DNA of 64,000 nt. It comes from a virus. The stretch spans positions 1-64,000 of the IMG/VR virus record IMGVR_UViG_3300008255_000003; one strand, given 5' to 3'. Of the stretch, positions 10,556-18,791 are shown piece by piece. The position numbers and the translations under genes were made by a program. The notes under the pieces are model-generated. The model worked only from the letters and a program-made list of their open reading frames with translations, did no database searches and was not told where the DNA came from. How positions within the stretch are numbered: the first letter of the stretch is position 1; the number at the start of each line of letters is the position of its first letter.

Positions 10556-11239
10556 ATGTCAATTTTAGCTCTGATCGAGTCTTACTTTGTGGAGAGTGTC
10601 ACGGTCGGTTCAAACTTGCGGGGCTCCAAAGAGCTTGAGCAAGCGCTTGAGGATTACCAGAGGGCCGTTGCCCCATATGGTAAGAGCAGGCGCACCGTCT
10701 ATATAAATAACCGTGGCCTTACCGACATCTCTAATACTATGGGCAGGCTGTCAGTGTTCTTTAGGCGGGTGATAGACTCTTACAAGTCTAGGACTGATAT
10801 GGAGTTGAAGACCTATGACCAGATCATGGCTTTTGTATACTCCGACGCCACAATCCAGGGCGCCAAGGTATCAGCGTCCACCATGTCAAAGTACAAGGCA
10901 TTCTTAGGTCAGCTTGAGCTGGAGGCTTACGGGCTGGACAAGACAGCTAAGAAGCTCGCCTTAGCAGTGTCTAAAGGTGGTGAAGTTGAAGCTCGTTCCA
11001 TTGATGGTGAGCCTGCTGCTATGGAGCGCCTGGTAGACTTGGTGATGCCGCCTAGCATCGGGCATGAGCTTGGTATTGATCTTCAGGATCTTTACATCTC
11101 GGCAAAGGATGGTAGTGCGCGTGACGTTATCTTCTCAGGGCTTAGAGATCTGGAGAGCGAAGCCTTTGGCTTCTCTAAGCTCATGTCTGACGTCAGGAAC
11201 GCAGGATCTTCACTTACCATCTATCGCGCACCGCTTTGA
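10556..11239 (+). CDS. ESY-leader protein, helical family A
   Basis: GGAGG RBS; MSILALIESYFVE; LRGSKELEQA matches YRGGSELEQA of the previous gene. Confidence 0.8.
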   Translation: MSILALIESYFVESVTVGSNLRGSKELEQALEDYQRAVAPYGKSRRTVYINNRGLTDISNTMGRLSVFFRRVIDSYKSRTDMELKTYDQIMAFVYSDATIQGAKVSASTMSKYKAFLGQLELEAYGLDKTAKKLALAVSKGGEVEARSIDGEPAAMERLVDLVMPPSIGHELGIDLQDLYISAKDGSARDVIFSGLRDLESEAFGFSKLMSDVRNAGSSLTIYRAPL

Positions 11240-11246
11240 GGTCAAT

Positions 11247-12020
11247 ATGTCTACGCTCAGCATAGTCGAGTCTTATGTTAATCAGTATGTTGTCACCGAG
11301 GGCGTTGGCGACAACATACGCAAGGTTCTGTCCACTTATAGGGGTGGTGCTGAGCTTATCAGGCTTAAGGGTGCTCTAGTCACCATGTTTGAGGCTGCTG
11401 AAAAGCGATCGCCTAGTGCGTGGCGAAGTAAGGCTTCGTTGGCCATAAGCGGCCAGGATGCTCGCGAGTTTGGTGATCTGGCGTACCAATACGCGATCAT
11501 CTTAGAACGCGTCATCCAGTACAAGCGCACCATCTATCAGGAGGAGCTTGCCACCCTTGAGGTAATAAAGAATGGCCTCGATAAGTACGGCTCCCTACCC
11601 CCTGCGCCTGGCAGCGTTGACTTCACCAAACACATCGCAAGGATGGCATCAAGGTGGGATCTCAATGCTGTTGCCGATCTAGCTGCTGACTGGATTGACA
11701 GTCTCTACCAGGGGGCGGGTGAGTTTAAGGCCATAGCTAAACAGACCTCACGAGGTGGGACGATTCAAGTATCCCTATCGAGTGACTTTCCGGCGCTGCT
11801 TGATGATATCAATTATGCCTTGATCTTGAGTATTTTACCTAGAGGTGCTGATAAGGCAGCTAGGGACGTGGCAGCACTCTACCGCAAGAAACTCAAGGCT
11901 ATGCCAGAAGATATTGAAAAGCTTGCCAAAATAGAAAATGACGCCACCCTTGGCATGGGTGAGAAGATGGGCAACTTTAAGCCTGAATCGCTGGGCTGGT
12001 TGATTAGCTGGACGCCTTGA
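11247..12020 (+). CDS. ESY-leader protein, helical family A
   Basis: GAGG RBS then ATG 11247; MSTLSIVESYV...VTE; YRGGAEL. Confidence 0.75.
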   Translation: MSTLSIVESYVNQYVVTEGVGDNIRKVLSTYRGGAELIRLKGALVTMFEAAEKRSPSAWRSKASLAISGQDAREFGDLAYQYAIILERVIQYKRTIYQEELATLEVIKNGLDKYGSLPPAPGSVDFTKHIARMASRWDLNAVADLAADWIDSLYQGAGEFKAIAKQTSRGGTIQVSLSSDFPALLDDINYALILSILPRGADKAARDVAALYRKKLKAMPEDIEKLAKIENDATLGMGEKMGNFKPESLGWLISWTP

Positions 12021-12040
12021 CGTTTTTTTAAAAATACCCC

Positions 12041-12069
12041 TTGCCAATAAGCTCATCGGCCTCTAATGT
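12041..12069 (+). promoter_or_regulatory. Sigma70-like promoter upstream of candidate ncRNA
   Basis: TTGCCA-N17-TAATGT. Confidence 0.5.
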
Positions 12070-12075
12070 CTTTTT

Positions 12076-12625
12076 CAGAGCCAAGGAGCATTGGCTTGGA
12101 CATCTGGAAGGTTTCAAGCACCATCATTCTTTGCGTGATGGTGTGAAAGTAGGCGTCCAAGCCATTAAGATGCTGCGGGTAAAAGTGAAGGCGTGTCACG
12201 GCATTATATGCCAATATAGCACGACTGGACCATTACCAAGCCTCTTTGACCGTGGTAGGGTGAAAACACCACCAGCCCAATCCCTTCCTTGGGCTGGTTA
12301 AGAATCAAGGGGTTTACCTTTATTGATTCTGAACAACGCTAAGCCTGGCGTTAGCAAAGTTCGCACCGTTACCACTTTAGCCACTGTTGCTAGGCTTTAA
12401 GGTCGCATGGCAGTCATAAGTGGAGTTATGGTGTGAAACCCCCCTCGCCTAACACCCGTAGTAAGACTCCTTACACGGCATGGGTGTTAGGCGAAAACAA
12501 CACAGCACTGATCACGCTGTGCAAATTCAGGATCGGTGGTTGAGTTAGGCAGTGAAGCCGGGTCCATAGAGCGTGACGTTACTCTATGCGTCTGGTGGAG
12601 TCCGATGATTCTCTTGGCCTGTCCT
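12076..12625 (+). ncRNA. Candidate large structured non-coding RNA (~550 nt)
   Basis: No convincing ORF or RBS. Perfect stems: 12092-12101/12155-12164, 12119-12126/12136-12143, 12271-12280/12289-12298, 12301-12308/12323-12330, 12445-12457/12482-12494, 12501-12506/12516-12521, 12565-12571/12582-12588. The 5' and 3' ends pair. Bounded by a promoter and a terminator. Confidence 0.55.
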
Positions 12626-12628
12626 TGT

Positions 12629-12669
12629 AAAAATGCCCTACTGGCTTAAACTGCCAGTAGGGCATTTTT
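12629..12669 (+). terminator. Intrinsic terminator (bidirectional geometry)
   Basis: 17-bp perfect arms AAAAATGCCCTACTGGC / GCCAGTAGGGCATTTTT. Confidence 0.85.
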
Positions 12670-12684
12670 GCATTTGGAGGTGTT

Positions 12685-13464
12685 ATGAGTTTAATCAGAG
12701 TGAGGTCTAGGGATCTTCAAAACCCAGCCTCAATGATCTTGGTGGCCTTGGATTCCGTTACTGGCGAGCCTTTAGAGGAGCTGGAGCCTATCAGGCTTCA
12801 ATACTACCCTGAGACAATAAACTACTCTCGCGGTCAGATCGGATGGCAAGAGCAGGCTATACCAGGCCTATCACACGGCATCTTTGGTTGGACGGGTAAC
12901 GGTAGCCCAACACTGTCTTTCGAGGTGGACTTCACGTCTGACCAAGACCCCGCATGGGCGGTTAAGTCACCCCTACAGTCGGGTAAGACGGCATCACATA
13001 GTCACGTCTTTAATGTGGATATTAACGCAGCAATGGCATGGTTCGTGGCCTGCACCAACCCACGTTACGATACAGACGCTAACGCTTCCAGTCCTGTAAA
13101 CCCGCCACCTATCATTCAGATCATTCCAGAGTACATCCCAAACGATACGAGGGCGCGAGACATAGCTGCTGCCTTTGGTGGTCGCGGTGATAGTGTGATC
13201 TTAGATAACGTCGCTGTCTTTGAAGGTGCTAATCCTACCAACTTCAGGGGTGTAACCTTATCCCATCAGACGCGCGACTTTTATGGTGTCCTTACGAGCC
13301 TCAGTGAGGTTTACGAGTCGTTCTTTGTGTCTGGAGCGCCAAGGACTGGCAAGGTGTCACTGACCTTTAGTGAGACTATTCAGTTAGGCGGTGTGATCCT
13401 TCCTCATAGCAGGACAGATAATGCTAAGCTTGCGGCGGCTTATCAAATACGGGCAAGGTCTTAA
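12685..13464 (+). CDS. Contractile tail tube-initiator / CIS tube-like protein
   Basis: LQYYPETI...W.E..IPG......WT.....TLSF...F and G.L.SL...Y..F...G.PR...V.L.F.E pattern; GGAGG RBS. Confidence 0.7.
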   Translation: MSLIRVRSRDLQNPASMILVALDSVTGEPLEELEPIRLQYYPETINYSRGQIGWQEQAIPGLSHGIFGWTGNGSPTLSFEVDFTSDQDPAWAVKSPLQSGKTASHSHVFNVDINAAMAWFVACTNPRYDTDANASSPVNPPPIIQIIPEYIPNDTRARDIAAAFGGRGDSVILDNVAVFEGANPTNFRGVTLSHQTRDFYGVLTSLSEVYESFFVSGAPRTGKVSLTFSETIQLGGVILPHSRTDNAKLAAAYQIRARS

Positions 13465-13578
13465 GTAGGTGTTGATCTGTCTGGAATCACAGTCTAATCT
13501 CTAATGGTGAGCTGGCTTGGTTCGAGGCCAGTCTGTATATCCTCATGCCGTCAACATCAACCATCCAAAGGTGATACC

Positions 13579-13869
13579 ATGTCTCTATTAAGAGAGTCCG
13601 CAGAGATCGCTGAGCAGATCGAAGAGTTCTTGGACCGTGTAACCGAGTCCGCGTTCCATGACGAAGAGGGCAAGTTCGCCCCGGCCACCGTCGCACGCGC
13701 CGTCCCAGGCTCGTTCTCGCGTGGTGGCTCTCAAGCCAAGACCGCCAAGAAGAATGGCAAAGTCGTTCAGCGCATCACGAGCGTCCCCTGTGGTCGCAAA
13801 GCGCGCAAGGCGGGCGGTGACGTTCGCTGCTATGACGGCGCCAAGAAGCGCCCCATCAAGCGCAAGTAG
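13579..13869 (+). CDS. Small protein with acidic N-terminus and very basic C-terminus (putative head/DNA-binding protein)
   Basis: AGGTG RBS then ATG 13579; GC-rich codon usage unlike neighbours; HDEEGKF motif; K/R-rich tail. Confidence 0.7.
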   Translation: MSLLRESAEIAEQIEEFLDRVTESAFHDEEGKFAPATVARAVPGSFSRGGSQAKTAKKNGKVVQRITSVPCGRKARKAGGDVRCYDGAKKRPIKRK

Positions 13870-13930
13870 TCGAACCCCTTAACCGTGGCGCACCAACGAT
13901 CCTGACTGATGATGGTCAGCGCACCACGGC

Positions 13931-13972
13931 TCAGACTACGAAAAACAGTCTCCTAGCGTTAAGCTAAGAGAC
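13931..13972 (+). terminator. Intrinsic terminator
   Basis: AAAAACAGTCTC / GAGACTGTTTTT arms plus T-run. Confidence 0.8.
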
Positions 13973-14070
13973 TGTTTTTTTATGAGCTTAATAGTACGAT
14001 GTTTTCGTAGCGAAACATGCAACCGTTGCACGTTTAAATAAGCAACCATCGCATCCATCATGGTTTCAAA

Positions 14071-14724
14071 ATGAAGCTTACAGAAGAGTCTATCAAGAGC
14101 ATCGCAGCCACCCTTAACGATCCCCTTGCATGGCGCGACCTTGGTTCTGACCTGCTCTACTTTCAATTCAATGCGACGAAAGCAGACAAGATGACCTTAA
14201 GGAAGATGCTCAAGAGTAAGCGCCTTAAGACTTGGGTTACTGGTGAGTTTGAAGATGTGATCGAAGACTTCGATCGCGTCTTCGGACCTGATGTTGACCG
14301 CTTTGTGCGCTCTTCATTCTCTAAGCTGCCGCCCGAGCTTAGGAGCTTACTTAGGGATCTTAAGCAAGCTAATGCGCCTGACTTTAGCTTCAGACTCACT
14401 GGAGTCGTAGACTGGCTTATTCAGTATGGTGATCTTGGTGAGCCCGAGTATCACTTTAAGAAGCTTGGCTTTAAGCCTGTCTACGGCGGGTATAACTTTT
14501 CAATCCTTGAGGCTATCGCATCATCGAGCGACCCCAACTCAACCAAGACGGACGCGATGCTAAAGTCTTATGATCTAACCTCACTGGGCTTCGTGGACGG
14601 TTGGCTTAGGGTTTTGGTGGTGGAGGCTATCTGGGATGAGATTCCCGAAGAGTACGTCGGTCGCCTTATGGAGTCGCGCGAGCCCACCATTGACTCTATC
14701 ATTGAGTCTTACTTCAGCGTCTAA
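14071..14724 (+). CDS. Hypothetical protein with ESY-like motif at the C-terminus
   Basis: Ends IDSIIESYFSV*; dyads on both sides. Confidence 0.7.
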   Translation: MKLTEESIKSIAATLNDPLAWRDLGSDLLYFQFNATKADKMTLRKMLKSKRLKTWVTGEFEDVIEDFDRVFGPDVDRFVRSSFSKLPPELRSLLRDLKQANAPDFSFRLTGVVDWLIQYGDLGEPEYHFKKLGFKPVYGGYNFSILEAIASSSDPNSTKTDAMLKSYDLTSLGFVDGWLRVLVVEAIWDEIPEEYVGRLMESREPTIDSIIESYFSV

Positions 14725-14755
14725 ACATGCAACGGTTGCGTGCCAAGGAAACACC

Positions 14756-15508
14756 ATGTCAAAGTTGGATCTTATAGAGTCATACATTCTCAACGAGTCC
14801 TTTGGGTCTAATGACATCAGCACCTTCGATCTTAATCGCAGGTTTGATGGTAGCGTGAGCTGGAAGGACGGCACCGCCATGATCAAGTCTTGGGCTAACG
14901 ACGTCTTTAATGACCTCGTGCCATTCGCCAAGCTCCATAATTCTTATGTGAGCGATGAGAATCAGGCGATGGTGACTCGTGACTTTGTGTATAGCGCGGG
15001 CTATGGTTCGGCACGCAGTGAGGTTGCGCCGTCGAGACTGATCGACCTTGGAGCTATCATGCAGGCTGTCAATGCTACTGTTGATAGTGCCTCACCTGAT
15101 GCTATGGATAACAAGCCTGTCCACCTACCATCAAGCCTCACGAGAACGAGCGGCGGATATGGCAAGATGAAGGCTAAGGATCAGCCCGATGCCTACCTTA
15201 AGCGCTTGATGTCTGCCAAGACGATGAAGTCAATGAGGTCTTTTGTCGCCAATCAGGGGGCAGCCATACGCTCGATGATGGTGCTCCACAAGGCCAATCC
15301 GGGCAGAATGGCTAACGATCCCTTCCCAGAAAGTAACGCTAAGACGGATCATCAGGCTACGATCGGTGTGATCAATCAGTACCTTGTTCCTGACGGCACA
15401 CTGAACAGCATGCTCTTCACTGTCAATCAGGCGATCTGGTCGGTGGTCATGGATGAAGTGATAAGCTCAATCAATGCGCTCTACTGGAGTTTGCAGCCAG
15501 AAGAGTGA
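14756..15508 (+). CDS. ESY-leader hypothetical protein
   Basis: AAGGA RBS then ATG 14756; MSKLDLIESYILNE. Confidence 0.75.
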   Translation: MSKLDLIESYILNESFGSNDISTFDLNRRFDGSVSWKDGTAMIKSWANDVFNDLVPFAKLHNSYVSDENQAMVTRDFVYSAGYGSARSEVAPSRLIDLGAIMQAVNATVDSASPDAMDNKPVHLPSSLTRTSGGYGKMKAKDQPDAYLKRLMSAKTMKSMRSFVANQGAAIRSMMVLHKANPGRMANDPFPESNAKTDHQATIGVINQYLVPDGTLNSMLFTVNQAIWSVVMDEVISSINALYWSLQPEE

Positions 15509-15566
15509 TGGTGCTTTAGTGTGACTTGGTGGTACGCTGGGACGTCTTAACCTGTGGAGCTTAAAC

Positions 15567-16160
15567 ATGATCGATCTTATCGAGACTTATATTATGGGCG
15601 TATCACCGAGCAATGTCGGGTCGCTGGTATCCCTTGGAGCCGAGCTTGTGATCACTTTGCAGCAGGGGGTTATTAATGCGACGCTGCTTAGTAGGTTCTC
15701 TAGTGAGTCTTCCGCGTACTCGCTAAGGATCTTGCGCTCGCTCGTCAAAGATATTGATGCGGTGAGGTCGCTAGGTATGTCTGAGCCCTGGATGTCTACC
15801 TCTAAGCGCGACGCAGAGCGCATCATCGCAGGGCTATCTGTTGGCGATAGTGGCTTTCGTGATGGCACTATGACCATTGCCGATCTCAACCCACAAGACC
15901 AGAAGCGGTTTAAGTCGCTGCTTGACCTGCTTAAAGACTGGCAGCTATGGATTAATCGCGCGATGTCTCAGCCACGCCTGAATACATCCAAGATGAATGT
16001 CCAAGAGCTGACCCAGGTGTTGCACAGTCAGTGCTCAGCGATCTTGTATCAGAGCGGCCCTATCGGTGGATCGTCAGTCAATCAGGCGATGTTCAACCCT
16101 GCGCGAGACGTGTCCAAGATCCTTCACTATCTGTCGTTAACTCCTGATGCGGGGATATAA
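15567..16160 (+). CDS. ESY-leader hypothetical protein
   Basis: GGAG RBS; MIDLIETYI. Confidence 0.7.
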   Translation: MIDLIETYIMGVSPSNVGSLVSLGAELVITLQQGVINATLLSRFSSESSAYSLRILRSLVKDIDAVRSLGMSEPWMSTSKRDAERIIAGLSVGDSGFRDGTMTIADLNPQDQKRFKSLLDLLKDWQLWINRAMSQPRLNTSKMNVQELTQVLHSQCSAILYQSGPIGGSSVNQAMFNPARDVSKILHYLSLTPDAGI

Positions 16161-16161
16161 G

Positions 16162-16563
16162 ATGATCGACCTTATTGAGTCTTACGCCAATAGTAAGGGT
16201 GGAATGCTGGATCTTATCACTCGACTCTTGGCATGGGATAACTTTGAGCGTGATGAGCCTAACGGCTTCTATGGCATGACCAGACTTCTTGAGGAGATCT
16301 TAGATAAGGTGCTCAAGATGGCATCGTCTATGGAAGAAGAGTTTGGTGATTACCTGCCTTACAAGAGCTTGGTGTCTACCGCTAAGCAGCTAAAGGAGAG
16401 GTCTGAGGGCGACGGCTTTATGAGCGACTTTGATGATGGTATCTCCCACATTGATCCATCTGAGTTTGCCGCTGCCTTTAATGCGTTGTCCAAGCTTAAG
16501 GATAAGGAAAATATCAGGGCAATGAATCTGCAAATGAAGGCGCTAAAGAACGCCTTGTCATAG
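16162..16563 (+). CDS. ESY-leader hypothetical protein
   Basis: ATG 16162; MIDLIESYA. Confidence 0.7.
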   Translation: MIDLIESYANSKGGMLDLITRLLAWDNFERDEPNGFYGMTRLLEEILDKVLKMASSMEEEFGDYLPYKSLVSTAKQLKERSEGDGFMSDFDDGISHIDPSEFAAAFNALSKLKDKENIRAMNLQMKALKNALS

Positions 16564-16569
16564 GAGGTC

Positions 16570-17115
16570 ATGGTGAGTATCAAGAGCTTGGTTGAGAGTT
16601 ATTTTGTGGAGTCTATCGGTGGTAACAGGAAGCCCCTCAAGAGGGTTCATGATGCCCTCGACAAGGCTACTGACAATCTAAAGTATAAGTCTGGTGTTCA
16701 GGCTTATGAGGATTGGAGGTTTGCCGTAGGTGACTTCATTAGGGAGTACAAGGCATTCATCAATAAGTACATCAAAGATCTTAGCGGCATCTTGTCAAAG
16801 GACACGCTGGGTCAGCTTAAGTCTGCCGTAAGTGTGTTCGGCCAAGATATAGAGTGGTCTGACTACGATGGAGCGCGTCTTACACCATCTCAGAAGGGTA
16901 AGCTTCCTGATGTTCGCGGCTTTCTTATGGACATTGCGAGGGGTGAGCGTGAGCTGCTGTCTGATTATGTCGATGAGGTTAAGGCGGCATATGAGGGTGG
17001 TGTTACCGTGAACCGTGGTGTCGATCTTGAGCTTCAAGATCAGTTCCAGCACTTATCTTCGACGGCTGGCAAGTTTATTGTAGAGGTGCGAGCGTTCCTT
17101 CGCAGCATTGAATAG
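16570..17115 (+). CDS. ESY-leader hypothetical protein
   Basis: AGGAGG RBS; MVSIKSLVESYFVE. Confidence 0.75.
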   Translation: MVSIKSLVESYFVESIGGNRKPLKRVHDALDKATDNLKYKSGVQAYEDWRFAVGDFIREYKAFINKYIKDLSGILSKDTLGQLKSAVSVFGQDIEWSDYDGARLTPSQKGKLPDVRGFLMDIARGERELLSDYVDEVKAAYEGGVTVNRGVDLELQDQFQHLSSTAGKFIVEVRAFLRSIE

Positions 17116-17137
17116 CCGCCCACCCTGCCTGATAAAG

Positions 17138-17170
17138 ACTAGCCTAGCTCATGCTTGGCTAGTTTTTTTT
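17138..17170 (+). terminator. Intrinsic terminator
   Basis: ACTAGCC/GGCTAGT stem followed by a T-run. Confidence 0.7.
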
Positions 17171-17238
17171 GTTGTTAATGCTAGCCTATGTTTGTAGTCA
17201 AACATGCAACGGTTGCATGTCCAGATTGGAGTTTTGCG

Positions 17239-18726
17239 ATGACTGTTCTAAATCTTGTCGAGTCATACATCTTAGGCGAAGCGGCGCGCTGGAAGCGAGA
17301 GGGTGTAAAGATAGAGAAGCCAGAAGAGACGGTGGAGTCTTATATCGGCAAGCCTGGCCACTACATCTCGTTCACTGGTCTGCCCAAACTTGGGATCAAT
17401 CCTCAGTCCAAGTTTAAGACACCATTGGCTATCTACACATATGCTCTTGATGACCCCTGGTTTGCCCGTACATGGGCGACACACAAAGAGACGGCCAAGG
17501 GGTTCCCCTTTAGGCCTGAACAGCCTTACATCCAAATCATGAAGCTCAAGAGCCTCAATGGCCTCGTGGTGTTCGATCGTTCGGGAGCAATCATTCATGG
17601 CGCCAATCTGATTGATGCTGCCCTCAAGGCTATCGAGGGTGATGATTGGGCTGATGCTGTGGCGCTCGCCAGGGATGAGTCTAAGAGGTGGATGTCAGAC
17701 TTCGGGTCTGAATCATTGAAGGTGCAGCGCGTCTGGGCTGTCACTAGGGCTAAGGCGATGATCGACACGCAAGGCGGAGGTAGTGAGATTGCCAGATGGG
17801 GTAAGATCCTCATGAGCCTTGGAATCATGGCTGTAGAGGATCGTGGTGCTGGCATGATTCACGAAAATGAACCACACCAGGCAGCTATCCTCTCAATGGC
17901 CGCAGTTGATCGCATCGCACAGGTCGAAAATCCGTTACCAGAAGCGATAAGCGTTAAGCCTGTTAGGGGCTCGGGCAAGTTCAAGCGAGAGTTCAAGCAG
18001 CACTATCAGGACTATATCGACATCATCAATAAGTTCAGGGCATTAGGCGACGTCACCAGTGTGACAAGCATCGACACCGCTCTTGAGTACATGCTTAGGG
18101 ATAAGCCGCTCTATATACGCCAGAAGGATCTTGAGAAGTGGGATGCGAGAGTCGTGGTGCTCAATGAGCTTTATGACTACATCACCAAGGATGAGATAAA
18201 TCGATCATTCTTTACGCCAAATGGTAAGGGTCGGGTGATGGGCAAGATCTCTTATGAGTTAAGGGGTTCTGTTGGTGAGCTTGCCATTGGAGGTATGTTG
18301 GTTTCAAGGGCCTTACAGGTAACTGTGCCGAGCCTATTCTTTGATAACACGGGTCTTTTCTCTAAGACTACTCAAGCCAGGCTCCCAAGTGTTGGTGTGA
18401 GCAATACGGTGAAGTTCAACATCCCAGAGATAGTCTTTAAGAATGAGGTGATCTCGAAAGCATCATTCCCAGACTTAAACTTGAGGACAGAGCCTGGACG
18501 CGGCTCCACCTCGTTAGCTCTTTTCAGTAATTGCAGACTGTCTTCAAATCAAGTCACACCAGATGATGTCAAAAGGTTTAACGATCTAATCAGTCGTGGT
18601 GCTATGAACAGTTCAGACGCTGATGATCTTAACTCTGCTGTGATGCGATGCTTTAACGGGCTCTTTAAACGTGAGAGTAGACCAGTGGTTACTATTGGCA
18701 AGTCGGTTAGGTTTGTGGAGTATTAG
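17239..18726 (+). CDS. ESY-leader family B protein, copy 1 (conserved enzyme-like N-domain)
   Basis: GGAG RBS; MTVLNLVESYILGEAARWKREG; SFT.LPKLGINP, TPL.IYTY, DRG.G.IH.NEPHQA. Confidence 0.85.
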   Translation: MTVLNLVESYILGEAARWKREGVKIEKPEETVESYIGKPGHYISFTGLPKLGINPQSKFKTPLAIYTYALDDPWFARTWATHKETAKGFPFRPEQPYIQIMKLKSLNGLVVFDRSGAIIHGANLIDAALKAIEGDDWADAVALARDESKRWMSDFGSESLKVQRVWAVTRAKAMIDTQGGGSEIARWGKILMSLGIMAVEDRGAGMIHENEPHQAAILSMAAVDRIAQVENPLPEAISVKPVRGSGKFKREFKQHYQDYIDIINKFRALGDVTSVTSIDTALEYMLRDKPLYIRQKDLEKWDARVVVLNELYDYITKDEINRSFFTPNGKGRVMGKISYELRGSVGELAIGGMLVSRALQVTVPSLFFDNTGLFSKTTQARLPSVGVSNTVKFNIPEIVFKNEVISKASFPDLNLRTEPGRGSTSLALFSNCRLSSNQVTPDDVKRFNDLISRGAMNSSDADDLNSAVMRCFNGLFKRESRPVVTIGKSVRFVEY

Positions 18727-18746
18727 ACGTGCAACCGTTGCACGCT

Positions 18747-18788
18747 CAAACAAGAGAGCCGCCCAGATATGGGCGGCTCTCTTGTTTG
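18747..18788. terminator. Bidirectional terminator between convergent genes
   Basis: 18-bp perfect arms CAAACAAGAGAGCCGCCC / GGGCGGCTCTCTTGTTTG. Confidence 0.8.
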
Positions 18789-18791
18789 GTG

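Noticed and set aside
12041-12301. 86-aa ORF in the candidate ncRNA
   Set aside because: It starts at the -35 hexamer, has no RBS, and has an atypical composition.
12076-12625. tmRNA, RNase P RNA or self-splicing intron identity for the structured region
   Set aside because: No tRNA-like GGGG.../...CCA ends with a T-arm, no GAGGAAAGUCC, no group I P7 or group II domain V motif recognised.
13469-13557. tRNA gene (GGTTCGAG loop)
   Set aside because: Arm lengths and T-stem geometry do not fit a cloverleaf and there is no acceptor/CCA end; kept only as a structured leader.
13900-13972. Hammerhead ribozyme (CTGATGA...GAAA)
   Set aside because: Stem II closure is off by one base and no stem I partner exists; the GAAA belongs to the terminator arm.
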